Below are positions 20,114 to 28,685 of a stretch of 64,000 nt of DNA, piece after piece. The translations under genes and the position numbers were made by a program. The DNA comes from an uncultured delta proteobacterium. GTDB taxonomy: Bacteria > Myxococcota_A > Polyangia > Polyangiales > Polyangiaceae. The notes beneath the pieces are model-generated. The model did not search any database. It was not told where the DNA came from and saw nothing but the letters and a program-made list of their open reading frames with translations. The stretch spans positions 480,001 to 544,000 of the forward strand of contig CAWKKR010000007.1 in the NCBI GenBank assembly GCA_963850305.1, given 5' to 3'. Every line of letters starts with the position of its first letter. Position 1 is the first letter of the stretch.

Positions 20114-21248
20114 ATGACGTTCGACCTTCGCAGGATCGCCTCCCTTGGCGCGCTCGTGAGCGCCTGCGCCCTGACGGCTTGCACGAGTGGCGGCACCGGC
20201 CAGCCCGCGAGTACGGACGCAGGGCCGTCGAAGCCCGACGGCGCGGTTCACGTCTTCGGCAAATGCGGCGACACGCCGCCCGCGGGCGCCACCCTCGCGC
20301 CGGACCCGCCCTCGTACGCAGGACAATGTCCCGCACTCGTCCCGGGCGCCAACTTCAATCACATCACGAGCAGCGGGACGGATCGTGAGTTCCTGCTCGT
20401 CGTGCCCGACGACATCAAACCCGACGAGCGTCTCCCGCTCGTGTTCCTCTGGCACTGGGTCGGCGGGAGCGCCCAGGAGTTCTACGCGATCGCCGACGCG
20501 CAGGACGCCGTGAATCGGAATCGATTCATCGCGGTCATCCCGCAGGGCATCGGTTCATTCCCGTCGGACTGGCGGGGCTGGTACACGGGCGATCCGCCCG
20601 AGGACGAGACCGAGGAGTTCCAGTTCTTCGACGACATGCTCGCGTGCGTGTCGGAGCAGCTCCCGGTGGACAAGAACTGCGTCTCCACCGCCGGCGTCAG
20701 CGACGGCGCTCTCTGGTCGTCCCAGCTCATCGGGGGCCGCGGGCAATATCTGTCGTCGGCGATCATCCTGTCGGGCGGCGTGCAGAGCCCCCTCGATTCG
20801 ACAACGGATTCTGATCCGGCCCTACATTCCGGCACCGCGGGCGATGCCTGTCGTCGTCCTGTGGGGCGGTCCTGACGACATCTGCGTCGTCCTCCACTTT
20901 CAGCCGGCCACGAAGGAGCTCGAGAAAGACCTCGTCGCGGAGAATCACTTCATCGTCGAGTGCGAGCACAACTGCGGCCATGCGGTTCCGCCGCTTCCGG
21001 TCGTGGAAGGCGGCATCTCCCTCGACATGATGTGGAACTTCGTGAAGGACCACCCTTATTGGCTCCCACCTGGCGAATCGCCGTATCAGCGGACCGGCCT
21101 TCCCGACGGCTGGCCGTCGTGGTGCGCCATCGGTGCCGGCAATGCCGTCGAGCGAACGGGGGGAGGGTGTGGGAGTCTCGCGTGTCCGGTGCTGTCCCTG
21201 CCCGACGCTGGCGCTCCGAACGGGTCGTCGCAGGACGCGGGGCCCTGA
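20114..21248 (+). CDS. Alpha/beta hydrolase lipoprotein, PHB depolymerase-like (frameshift near 20809)
   Basis: LTAC lipobox, PLVFLWHW, nucleophile GVSDG, then WGGPDD and EHNCGH in the second frame. Removing one T at GATTC 20807-20811 joins the frames. Confidence 0.75.
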
Positions 21249-21305
21249 TCGGCGGGCCCGCGGCTGGCTGAACATCGCTCTCGGCCCTAAACGTTTCGTC
21301 GACCG

Positions 21306-21890
21306 ATGACGGCGCCGCTCGATCTCTCCGACTTCCTCCGTCTCGTTCGAGAAGACTTCGTCGCGCACGGACGCGACGCGACGCGGCCGGGGTTTCAGGC
21401 GCTGCTCGTCCACCGCTTCGGCGTTTTTCGCATGCGAGTGAAGTCGAAGGCACTCCGAGCGCCGCTCAGCGTCGCTTATCGCGCTCTCTTCCGCGCGGTC
21501 CGGAACTTCTACGGCATCGAGCTCCCGTATTCGGCGACGATCGGGCGGAGGGTCGTGTTCGAGCATCAGCACGGGATCGTCGTTCACGGCGCGGTCGTGC
21601 TCGGAGACGACTGCATCGTCCGGCAAGGAGTCACGCTCGGCATCCGGCGCATGGACGATCTCGGCGGCGCTCCCGTCCTCGGGTGCGGCGTCGGCATCGG
21701 TGCTGGAGCCAAGGTCCTCGGACGGGTCCGGGTGGGCGACGGCGCCGAGATTGGCGCGAATGCCGTCGTGCTCGGGGACGTGCCGGCGGGCGCGCTCGTC
21801 GTGGGGGTGCCGGCGCGGGTGGTTCGCCGCCGGGCGGAGGAGCGAGCGGGCGATGCGACCGTTACGCCCATCGCGCGCGCCGGGATCTGA
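21306..21890 (+). CDS. Serine O-acetyltransferase-like hexapeptide acyltransferase
   Basis: YGIELP..ATIG, EHQHGIVVH and GANAVVLGDVP...VGVPAR left-handed beta-helix motifs. Confidence 0.85.
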   Translation: MTAPLDLSDFLRLVREDFVAHGRDATRPGFQALLVHRFGVFRMRVKSKALRAPLSVAYRALFRAVRNFYGIELPYSATIGRRVVFEHQHGIVVHGAVVLGDDCIVRQGVTLGIRRMDDLGGAPVLGCGVGIGAGAKVLGRVRVGDGAEIGANAVVLGDVPAGALVVGVPARVVRRRAEERAGDATVTPIARAGI

Positions 21891-21896
21891 CGAAGC

Positions 21897-23310
21897 TCAG
21901 CTCGTGCGGGTGCGGATCGCGTTCAGGCAATCGTACGCCGCGTACTTGTACGAATCGGAGAGGGTCGGAAAGTTGAAGACCATGTCGATGAACAGGTCGA
22001 CCGTGCCTTCGAGGTGGATCGCGACCTGGCCGATGTGAACGAGCTCGGTGGCATTCTCGCCGACGACGTGCACGCCGAGGAGCCTCTTCGTCTTCGTGCA
22101 CACGACCAGCTTGACCATGCCCTCGGTGTCACCCACGATTTTTCCACGCGGGTTGGTCGCATAAAAGGCGCGCCCCACGACCGCGTCGCGGTTCGTCTCG
22201 CGGCACGAGCGCTCCGTCTCGCCGACGCTGCTGAGCTCCGGGATCGTGTAGATGCCGTACGGCATGGTGCGCGACACCGCCGTCTTGTACCCGAACCCGA
22301 ACGCGTGACAGACCGCGACGCGACCTTGCTCCATCGACACGGACGCGAGCGCGGGAAACCCGATGACGTCTCCCGCCGCGATGATGCCGGGCACGGACGT
22401 GCGGAACTTCTCGTCGACCGCGATGTAGCCGCGCGCGTCGAGCTTCACGCCCACCCGATCGAGTCCGAGCCCTTCGGTGTTGCCGACGCGGCCGGCCGCG
22501 AACAGGAGCTGATCCGAGTGCAGCGTCGAGCCGTCCGACAGCGTGACCTCGACCGCGTCCTCCGTGCTCGCCACACTCGTCCACTTCACACCCTGGCGGA
22601 GCTCGATGCCGAGCCGCCGCATGGACTCGAGGAGCCGGAGCACGATCTCGTCGTCGAGGAACGTGAGAAGCTTGTCCCGCGTGTCGACGAGCACGACCTT
22701 CGTCCCGAGCGCGGCGAACATGCACGCGTACTCGCACCCGATGACGCCCGCGCCGAGTATGACGAGGCGGTCCGGCAGCAGGGCGATACCGAGGATCTCG
22801 TCGGAGTCGTGGATGCGGTCGCTCTGCGAAGCCGATGTCCTTCGGCTGGAGGGGCCGCGAGCCCGTCGTGATGAGCACGAACTCGCCCGTGAGCCGCTTC
22901 TCGCCGTGCTGGCACGTCACGATCACCGTGTGCGGATCCTCGAACCGCCCGACGCCGTGTACGTACGTCACCCCGTGCCGCAGCAGATTGGCGCGGATCC
23001 TCGCCGACTCCGACGCGGCGATCACGTCCTTCCTCGCCATCAATTGTTCGAGCTCCGCGGTGCGATCGAGCTCGACCGCGACCCCGTAGAGCTCGCGCGC
23101 CTTGTGCCCCGAGAGATAAATCGCCGTTTCGCGCAGCGTCTTGCTCGGCAGGGTCCCCGTGTGCACGCCCGCCCCTCCCGGCTCGGGCGCTCGTTCGACG
23201 ACCGCGACCTTCTTGCCGAAGTAAGCCGCCTGCGCCGCCGCCTTCTCCCCCGCGGGTCCAGTCCCGATGATGACCAGATCGAATCGCTCGACAGAAGTGT
23301 CGGTCATCAT
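21897..23310 (-). CDS. sthA: Soluble (Si-specific) pyridine nucleotide transhydrogenase (frameshift near 22825)
   Basis: FDLVIIGTGPAGEKAAAQAAYFGK and GGAGVHTGTLPSKTLRE in one frame; IHDSD, GAGVIGCEYA, GDVIGFPALASVSMEQGR and FNFPTLSDSYKYAA in the other. One extra base joins them. Confidence 0.9.
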
Positions 23311-23631
23311 GAGAGGATACACTGTCGGGCGCCGCTTTCTCGGTCTCGGTTGATCTCCCGCGCGCTTTGTCGCGAAGGCCCACGCGTCCCAGCGTCGCGC
23401 GGCGCGCTCGCGAGGCAGCGTTGTCCCCTCCCACGGCGCCCGCAGGCGTTGCGCCGAGGACGACGTCGGGGAGGGGCAAGCGCCGCGGCGGCGGCGCGGG
23501 GGTGGGCAGGCAGAGGAGCACACGAAGACCGAAAGGCGGGAAGAGTTTGAGATTTGCTTCGGCGGCGCTCTCGACGGCAACGGTACGCCACCGGAGCGTC
23601 GCGGGATCTGGTAGGGAGCGTTTCCAGCGCC

Positions 23632-24204
23632 ATGCTCGACCTTCGTAGTACGACTCCGAGAGAGTGGCTCGACGTCGTGTTCGCGGATTTCGGCGCGTTC
23701 CTGGTCGACCATGCGCTCTGCGAGCGAAAAGCGAGCGCGATGGGGATGTCGCTCGTCGCGAAGTACCCGGACCGGACGGCGATCCTCGAGCCGCTCATCG
23801 CGTTCGCGCGCGAGGAGCTGGAACATTTTCACATCATGTATCGCATCGTGGAGAAGCGCGGGCTCTGCCTCGTCGGGGACGAGAAGGACGCCTACGTGAA
23901 CGCGCTCCGGAAGCTTTCGCGAAGCGGAAGCGACGAGCTCTTTCTGGATCGGTTGATCGTGCCGGGCATCGTGGAAGCGCGCGGGTGCGAGCGGCTCCAG
24001 CTGGTCGCGGGCGCGATCGAGGAGCCGGAGCTGCGCGAGACGTACAGGGAGCTCGCGCGGGCCGAGTCGCGACACCACGGGCTCTTCTTCCGGCTCGCGC
24101 GAGCTTACTTCCCCGAAGACGTCGTGCAGACGCGCGCCGACGAACTCCTCGACGCGGAAGCGAGCATCGTGGAGCGGCTTCCATTTCGCGCCGCGGTGCA
24201 TTGA
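23632..24204 (+). CDS. miaE: tRNA-(ms2io6A)-hydroxylase
   Basis: DHALCERKAS, EELEHF, VEARGCER and AESRH di-iron motifs. Confidence 0.92.
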   Translation: MLDLRSTTPREWLDVVFADFGAFLVDHALCERKASAMGMSLVAKYPDRTAILEPLIAFAREELEHFHIMYRIVEKRGLCLVGDEKDAYVNALRKLSRSGSDELFLDRLIVPGIVEARGCERLQLVAGAIEEPELRETYRELARAESRHHGLFFRLARAYFPEDVVQTRADELLDAEASIVERLPFRAAVH

Positions 24205-24302
24205 CGTCTGTCACGCTGACTGGACGCATCGCACCTTGGCTGTCGATGTGGGCGGGGCGCTGTCGCTAGGCGTCCCGGACAGCCGCGAGTAGACTCGGCG
24301 GT

Positions 24303-25376
24303 GTGAGTTCCACGAGATTCTGGCCATCGTTGCTCGTGGGCGCGATGAGCGTGGCCTGCGCCACAGGAGAGACCGTCGACGGGCAGGTGTCTGGTATCGA
24401 CAACGACGGCTCGGTCGCGACGTCAGGCGGCGCGACGGCATCGGGCGGCACGACGGCATCGGGCGGCACGACGGCATCGGGCGGCGCGACGGCATCGGGC
24501 GGCACGACGGCATCGGGCGGCACGACGGCATCGGGCGGCGCGACGGCATCGGGCGGCGCGACGGCATCGGGCGGCACGACGGCATCGGGCGGCGCGACGG
24601 CATCGGGCGGCACGACGGCATCGGGCGGCGCGACGGCATCGGGCGGCGCGACGGCATCGGGCGGCGCGACGGCATCGGGCGGCGCGACGGCATCGGGCGG
24701 CACGACGGCATCGGGCGGCGCGACGGCATCGGGCGGCGCGACGGCATCGGGCGGCGCGACGTCGACGAGCACGGTGACCTTCGGGGGCGTGTTCGCGAGC
24801 CCTTCACCGAAGTGCACGGTTCCGGCCTGCTACACGGGTAACTCCCTCGCCGGGGGCGCGTGTGCATGCCCTGCCGGGTTTTCCGCGCTCGGGTCGGTCA
24901 CGTTCCTGGACGACCGCGGCTGCCCGACGGGCAATCCGCCGTATGGCTGGTCGTCGATGACGGTGTGCGGCGCGGCGGCGTTCGCACCTACCGCCGACTT
25001 CGGCGGCGTCTATCAGCTGAACGGCACGACGTGCGCGGTCGGCAATCCCATGGCGGGGGGCGCCTGTGCGTGCCCTTCGGGATCTCAGGCGATCGAGCTC
25101 CTCTCCGACGGCTCGTGCTGGGAAGACGAGACGCTAGGCCTCTGCTGGAACGGCTCCGCGCCGCTCACTGCGTTCGGCGGCGCTTACGAGGAGAGCGATG
25201 AATCCTCGCAGGGCACCAACGGCTGCATCGTCCCGAATCCGGCAGCCGGCAACGCGTGCGCATGCCCCGCGGGTACGACCGCGATCCAGATCCGCGACGT
25301 ATATGGTCTCGGCGACCACAATTGCAAGAGCACCGGGGCCATCGCCGGATACCTCTACGTGTGCGCCGCGTCCTGA
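24303..25376 (+). CDS. Lipoprotein with SGG(A/T)TA linker and threefold FGGxY..C..NP..C.CP.G Cys-rich domain
   Basis: SVAC lipobox, repeat linker and three internal repeats in the C-terminal domain. Confidence 0.8.
   Translation: MSSTRFWPSLLVGAMSVACATGETVDGQVSGIDNDGSVATSGGATASGGTTASGGTTASGGATASGGTTASGGTTASGGATASGGATASGGTTASGGATASGGTTASGGATASGGATASGGATASGGATASGGTTASGGATASGGATASGGATSTSTVTFGGVFASPSPKCTVPACYTGNSLAGGACACPAGFSALGSVTFLDDRGCPTGNPPYGWSSMTVCGAAAFAPTADFGGVYQLNGTTCAVGNPMAGGACACPSGSQAIELLSDGSCWEDETLGLCWNGSAPLTAFGGAYEESDESSQGTNGCIVPNPAAGNACACPAGTTAIQIRDVYGLGDHNCKSTGAIAGYLYVCAAS
24423..24764 (+). repeat. 18-bp coding tandem repeat (about 19 units, TCGGGCGGC[G/A]CGACGGCA)
   Basis: Near-identical units encoding SGGATA/SGGTTA, counted from the translation. 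Confidence 0.95.
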
Positions 25377-25455
25377 GGATGGTCGCGCCGAGCAGGCCGG
25401 AGTCGCGGGTGTCGCCCCGAGCGGCGCGGCCCTCTGCTATGAAAGACCTGCGCCC

Positions 25456-25635
25456 ATGGCAAAGGTGCTCTGTCCGCATTGCGGCGAAGCGATCGACACC
25501 TTCCCCGATCTCGGCGGCGGTGAGGACCAGGAATACATAGAGGACTGCTCGGTCTGCTGTCGTCCCATCCTGTTTCACGCGATCCTCGACGAGGCCAGCG
25601 AGGAGTTCGTCGTCGAGGCGTCACCGGAGGTGTGA
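25456..25635 (+). CDS. CPXCG motif-containing cysteine-rich protein
   Basis: CPHCGE and QEYIEDCSVCCRPI. Confidence 0.9.
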   Translation: MAKVLCPHCGEAIDTFPDLGGGEDQEYIEDCSVCCRPILFHAILDEASEEFVVEASPEV

Positions 25636-25691
25636 GTGGACGAGCTCCGCTCAGCAAGAGTCCACACGTACCTCGGCGTGATCGCACCCAG

Positions 25692-25986
25692 GATCTTGCC
25701 GTGATCGACAAAGACCGTACCGCGATCGGCGCAGACTACGCCGAGATCAGCAAAGATCGCGACGTGGTCGATGCCGAATCTCGCGATGATCGACACTGAT
25801 CTCGCCATGATCGGCACAGACGAGGCCGTGATCGGCATCGATCTCGCGATGGTCGACACTGATCTCGCCGTGATCGGCACAGATGAGGCCGTGATCGGCA
25901 TCGATCTCGCGATGGTCGACACTGATCTCGCCGTGATCGACGCACATCTCGCGACGATCGACACTGATCTCGCCGCGCTCAGCGCT
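25692..25986. repeat. 21-nt tandem array (14 units) with a 63-nt higher-order period
   Basis: Units such as GATCTCGCGATGGTCGACACT / GATCTCGCCGTGATCGGCACA / GATGAGGCCGTGATCGGCATC. Unit 5 carries one extra A. Confidence 0.9.
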
Positions 25987-26220
25987 GATCGTCTCACTGT
26001 TCGTCATCCGTGCGATCTGGGATGAACTTATCATCGCGACTTCGTGTGTGAATGTCATCCGGCGCGTGGAGGACTCGCCACGAAGCTCGCCGATGGGACT
26101 CGAATGGCGGGCCGAGGTGGCCAGTGAGAAGAACGATCGCGAACAGTTCAATCCCCCGGGTTGACAGTTGGAATGGCGGGCCTATCTCTGTGTCGCATAT
26201 GGAGGAAGGGAGTCCGTGTC

Positions 26221-26793
26221 ATGAACCCGCATTCCAGCAAAGCCGTTCTCATGCAATTCGAGGGAAGCGTCATGGACGCGCTCGCGAAGATCATCCCCAA
26301 GGCGACGCTGCCGGTGGGGGGCAAGCTCGTGACGAGCAAGGAGCTGCGGGGGCGTATCCAGACGCACGTGGACACCATGGACGCGCTGGTCCAAGCACGG
26401 GCGAAGGTGTCCCAGCTCGTCGCTCTCGATCGGCAGCAACGCGCCGAGCTGATGTCCGTGATGGCCGGGATCCAGCATTACGTGGCCGGGCTGTTCGGCG
26501 AGCACAGCATGGAGTTCGCCTCGTTCGGCTTCAAGCCGAAGAAGGTGCCGCAGCGGACGGTCGAGTCGAAGGCGCAGGCCGCGGAGAAGCTGCGCGCGAC
26601 GCGCCTCGCGCGGCACACTTTGGGCAAGCGACAGAAAGCGTCGATCCACGGAATGCCCGCGACTCCGAAGGCCGACCCAGCCGTCCCGCCCGCGCTGGCG
26701 GCGAGCGTTCCGTCCTCCAGCACGCCTCCCGTCAACGCGGGGGCAAACGGTGCGGTGAGGACGACGTCCATCCTGAACGGCGCGGCGCACTGA
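26221..26793 (+). CDS. Hypothetical protein: helical N-region, FGFKPKK motif and basic ATRLARHTLGKRQK motif
   Basis: GGAGG/GGGAG RBS before ATG 26221; good codon usage; Pro/Ala-rich tail. Confidence 0.75.
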   Translation: MNPHSSKAVLMQFEGSVMDALAKIIPKATLPVGGKLVTSKELRGRIQTHVDTMDALVQARAKVSQLVALDRQQRAELMSVMAGIQHYVAGLFGEHSMEFASFGFKPKKVPQRTVESKAQAAEKLRATRLARHTLGKRQKASIHGMPATPKADPAVPPALAASVPSSSTPPVNAGANGAVRTTSILNGAAH

Positions 26794-26979
26794 GTGACGT
26801 GACCGGGAGGGGAAGTTCGATGCCGGGGCAGCGGCAGTTCCGGCGCGCTCGGCGCCAACGATAACGAGCCGTCTTCCGGGAGTGCGCGGCTTGCGGAACG
26901 GCGCAATCCGTGCGCCCTCTTTTCGGATCGACACGCGTCGCCGCCGTATTCCCGCCGCCGCATTCGCGCAGAAGATTCC

Positions 26980-26995
26980 CGGCGCGGCGCTTGCA
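26980..26995 (+). promoter_or_regulatory. Putative sigma54 promoter of the CBS-hemerythrin gene
   Basis: CGGCGCG-gcgc-TTGCA (GG-N10-GC), 15 nt before ATG 27011, with a GAGGAG RBS in between. Confidence 0.55.
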
Positions 26996-27010
26996 ACTCC
27001 GTGAGGAGCC

Positions 27011-28063
27011 ATGAAGATTCCTCGGTACGTGGGTGAGTTGATGTCCCGCGACGTGCTGTGCGTCACGGAGGATCAGGACTTCCGTGACGTCGAAAACCCC
27101 ATGCGCCTGTTCAAGTTCCGGCACATGCCGGTCACCGACGACCGGCGGCTGGTCGGGCTCGTTACCCAGCGCGATCTGCTCCGTGTGTCGGCAAGCTCGC
27201 TCCTCCCGGGCGCTCCGGAGCAGACGGCGCACCTGGCGAAGGAGTACCGGATTCGCGACGTCATGACGCGCACGCCGAGGGCCGTCGAGCCCGAGACCCC
27301 GCTGGTCGAAGCTGCCCGCCTGATGCAGCACGAGAAGCTCGGGTGCCTGCCCGTCGTGAACGGCGACAACGTGGTCGTGGGCATCCTGACCGAGGCGGAC
27401 TTCGTCCGGCTCGTGAAGCAGATCCTCGAGAACGAGGATCAGGGCTCGTCCGAGCGCCTCTCGGGCGAGGCTCACGCCGGCCGCGCCTCGCTGAGGCCGA
27501 CTCTCGCGTCGTTGACGAGCGAGCACGTGGTGATCCGGCGCGCCCTCGCCGCGCTCGGAGCCTACGCGAAGCGGCTGGAGACGGACCCGAAAGCGGATGT
27601 CCAGGATCTCGTTCGATTCGCGGAGTTCTTCGAGACGTTCGTCGAGTTGTGGCACCACGGGAAGGAGGAGGACATCCTGCTGCCTGCGCTCGTCACCTGC
27701 GGCTTCGGGTGGGACTCGGGTCCGGTCGCCCGCGTCCGGAAGGATCACGACCAGGAGAACTACCTGTCACGGGTTCTCTCGCAGGCCGCCGCCCAGAGCG
27801 CTACATGGACCGCCCAGGATCGACGCCAGGCCCTCGACGTCATCCGGAACTTCATCGAATTCGAGCTGGAGCACATGGATCGGGAGGAGAGCGTGCTCTA
27901 CAAGGCCGCCGCCGAGAGGCTGTCCGCGGAAATCATCTCCGACATGGACCGTCGGTTCTCCGAGCTCGAAGCCCGGACCTTCGCCACCGACACGTACGAG
28001 GAAGTGCGGCGACGGGCGGAGGAGCTGTTCGAGCGACTTCTCGTGGCCCCAGGGGGCAGGTAA
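27011..28063 (+). CDS. CBS-pair plus hemerythrin-domain fusion protein
   Basis: FRHMPV, GLVTQRD, GCLPVV and GILTEADF (CBS); EH, HHGKEE, DH and EHMDREE (hemerythrin). Confidence 0.88.
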   Translation: MKIPRYVGELMSRDVLCVTEDQDFRDVENPMRLFKFRHMPVTDDRRLVGLVTQRDLLRVSASSLLPGAPEQTAHLAKEYRIRDVMTRTPRAVEPETPLVEAARLMQHEKLGCLPVVNGDNVVVGILTEADFVRLVKQILENEDQGSSERLSGEAHAGRASLRPTLASLTSEHVVIRRALAALGAYAKRLETDPKADVQDLVRFAEFFETFVELWHHGKEEDILLPALVTCGFGWDSGPVARVRKDHDQENYLSRVLSQAAAQSATWTAQDRRQALDVIRNFIEFELEHMDREESVLYKAAAERLSAEIISDMDRRFSELEARTFATDTYEEVRRRAEELFERLLVAPGGR

Positions 28064-28114
28064 GCAACGCCCGCGATTCCATCGTCAGAAGCGGAACCGG
28101 GCCACGATGCCCAC

Positions 28115-28633
28115 TCAGTCGAGCGGCATGAGCGCCCGGCTGCGGGCCCCAGCGCTTCTTCGACCGGCTCCCCTCCGAGACGGTGATCGGCGAGCAGTCG
28201 CGCCGTCTCCGGTGCATTGGGAGCAAGTTCCGTAGAAGACGACGGAGAAGTTTGCCTTGGCGAAGCCGTGGATGTCGCGCAGGGCTGCGTCGATGCGTTC
28301 GAAGAGCTTTCGATCTCCGGTCTTGGCCTTGCCGCACACCTTGCAGATGTAGAAGTGGTGCACCCTGCGGTCGAGCACGTACTGAAAGCACTTGCCGACG
28401 CCCGGGAGCTTGAGCTCCTGGATGATCTCGAGCTTCTTGAACGTCTCGAGGTTCCTGTAGATGCTCGCCCGGTCGATGCGCACGGGCTGTCGATCCATGT
28501 AAGCGTGGATCTCGCCGAGGCCGATGCGACGCGAGCTCCGATCGAGGATGAACTGGAGAAGGATGCGCCGGCCGGCAGTGATGCGCATCCCGTTGGACTT
28601 GAGGAGGGCTAGGAGGTCCTGATGCCTCTTCAT
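28115..28633 (-). CDS. Fur-family metalloregulator (possibly Zur-like)
   Basis: GMRITAGRRIL, ASIYRNL, HHFYICKVCGK and YGTCSQC. Confidence 0.9.
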   Translation of the reverse strand: MKRHQDLLALLKSNGMRITAGRRILLQFILDRSSRRIGLGEIHAYMDRQPVRIDRASIYRNLETFKKLEIIQELKLPGVGKCFQYVLDRRVHHFYICKVCGKAKTGDRKLFERIDAALRDIHGFAKANFSVVFYGTCSQCTGDGATARRSPSRRGAGRRSAGARSRALMPLD

Positions 28634-28652
28634 ATTGCACGATATTGCAATA
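28633..28652. promoter_or_regulatory. Perfect 7-6-7 inverted repeat, candidate Fur-family operator
   Basis: TATTGCA-cgatat-TGCAATA, an AT-rich island in the 52-nt gap between the divergent Fur gene and dabA. Confidence 0.65.
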
Positions 28653-28685
28653 GCAGCTACGCTCGGTCAATCCGTTCCGGAGCTC

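Noticed and set aside
21897..23310. sthA, lhr and other split genes as true pseudogenes or programmed frameshifts
   Set aside because: Each has only a single-base indel with otherwise continuous reading frames and no slippery heptamer seen; sequencing error is more likely.
23311..23631. 320-nt GC-rich gap between sthA and miaE as an ncRNA or riboswitch
   Set aside because: No recognisable RNA family motif by eye.
24423..24764. 18-bp repeat as a CRISPR array
   Set aside because: Contiguous units with no spacers, in frame within a lipoprotein, and no cas genes.
24211..24867. Minus-strand repeat ORFs (PPDAVA / PMPSRR)
   Set aside because: Antisense readings of the SGGATA linker; the + strand ORF has the signal peptide and a folded domain.
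25575..26151. Short heptad-repeat ORFs over the 21-nt array
   Set aside because: Several frames on both strands are open and none has a convincing RBS/start, so no CDS was called.
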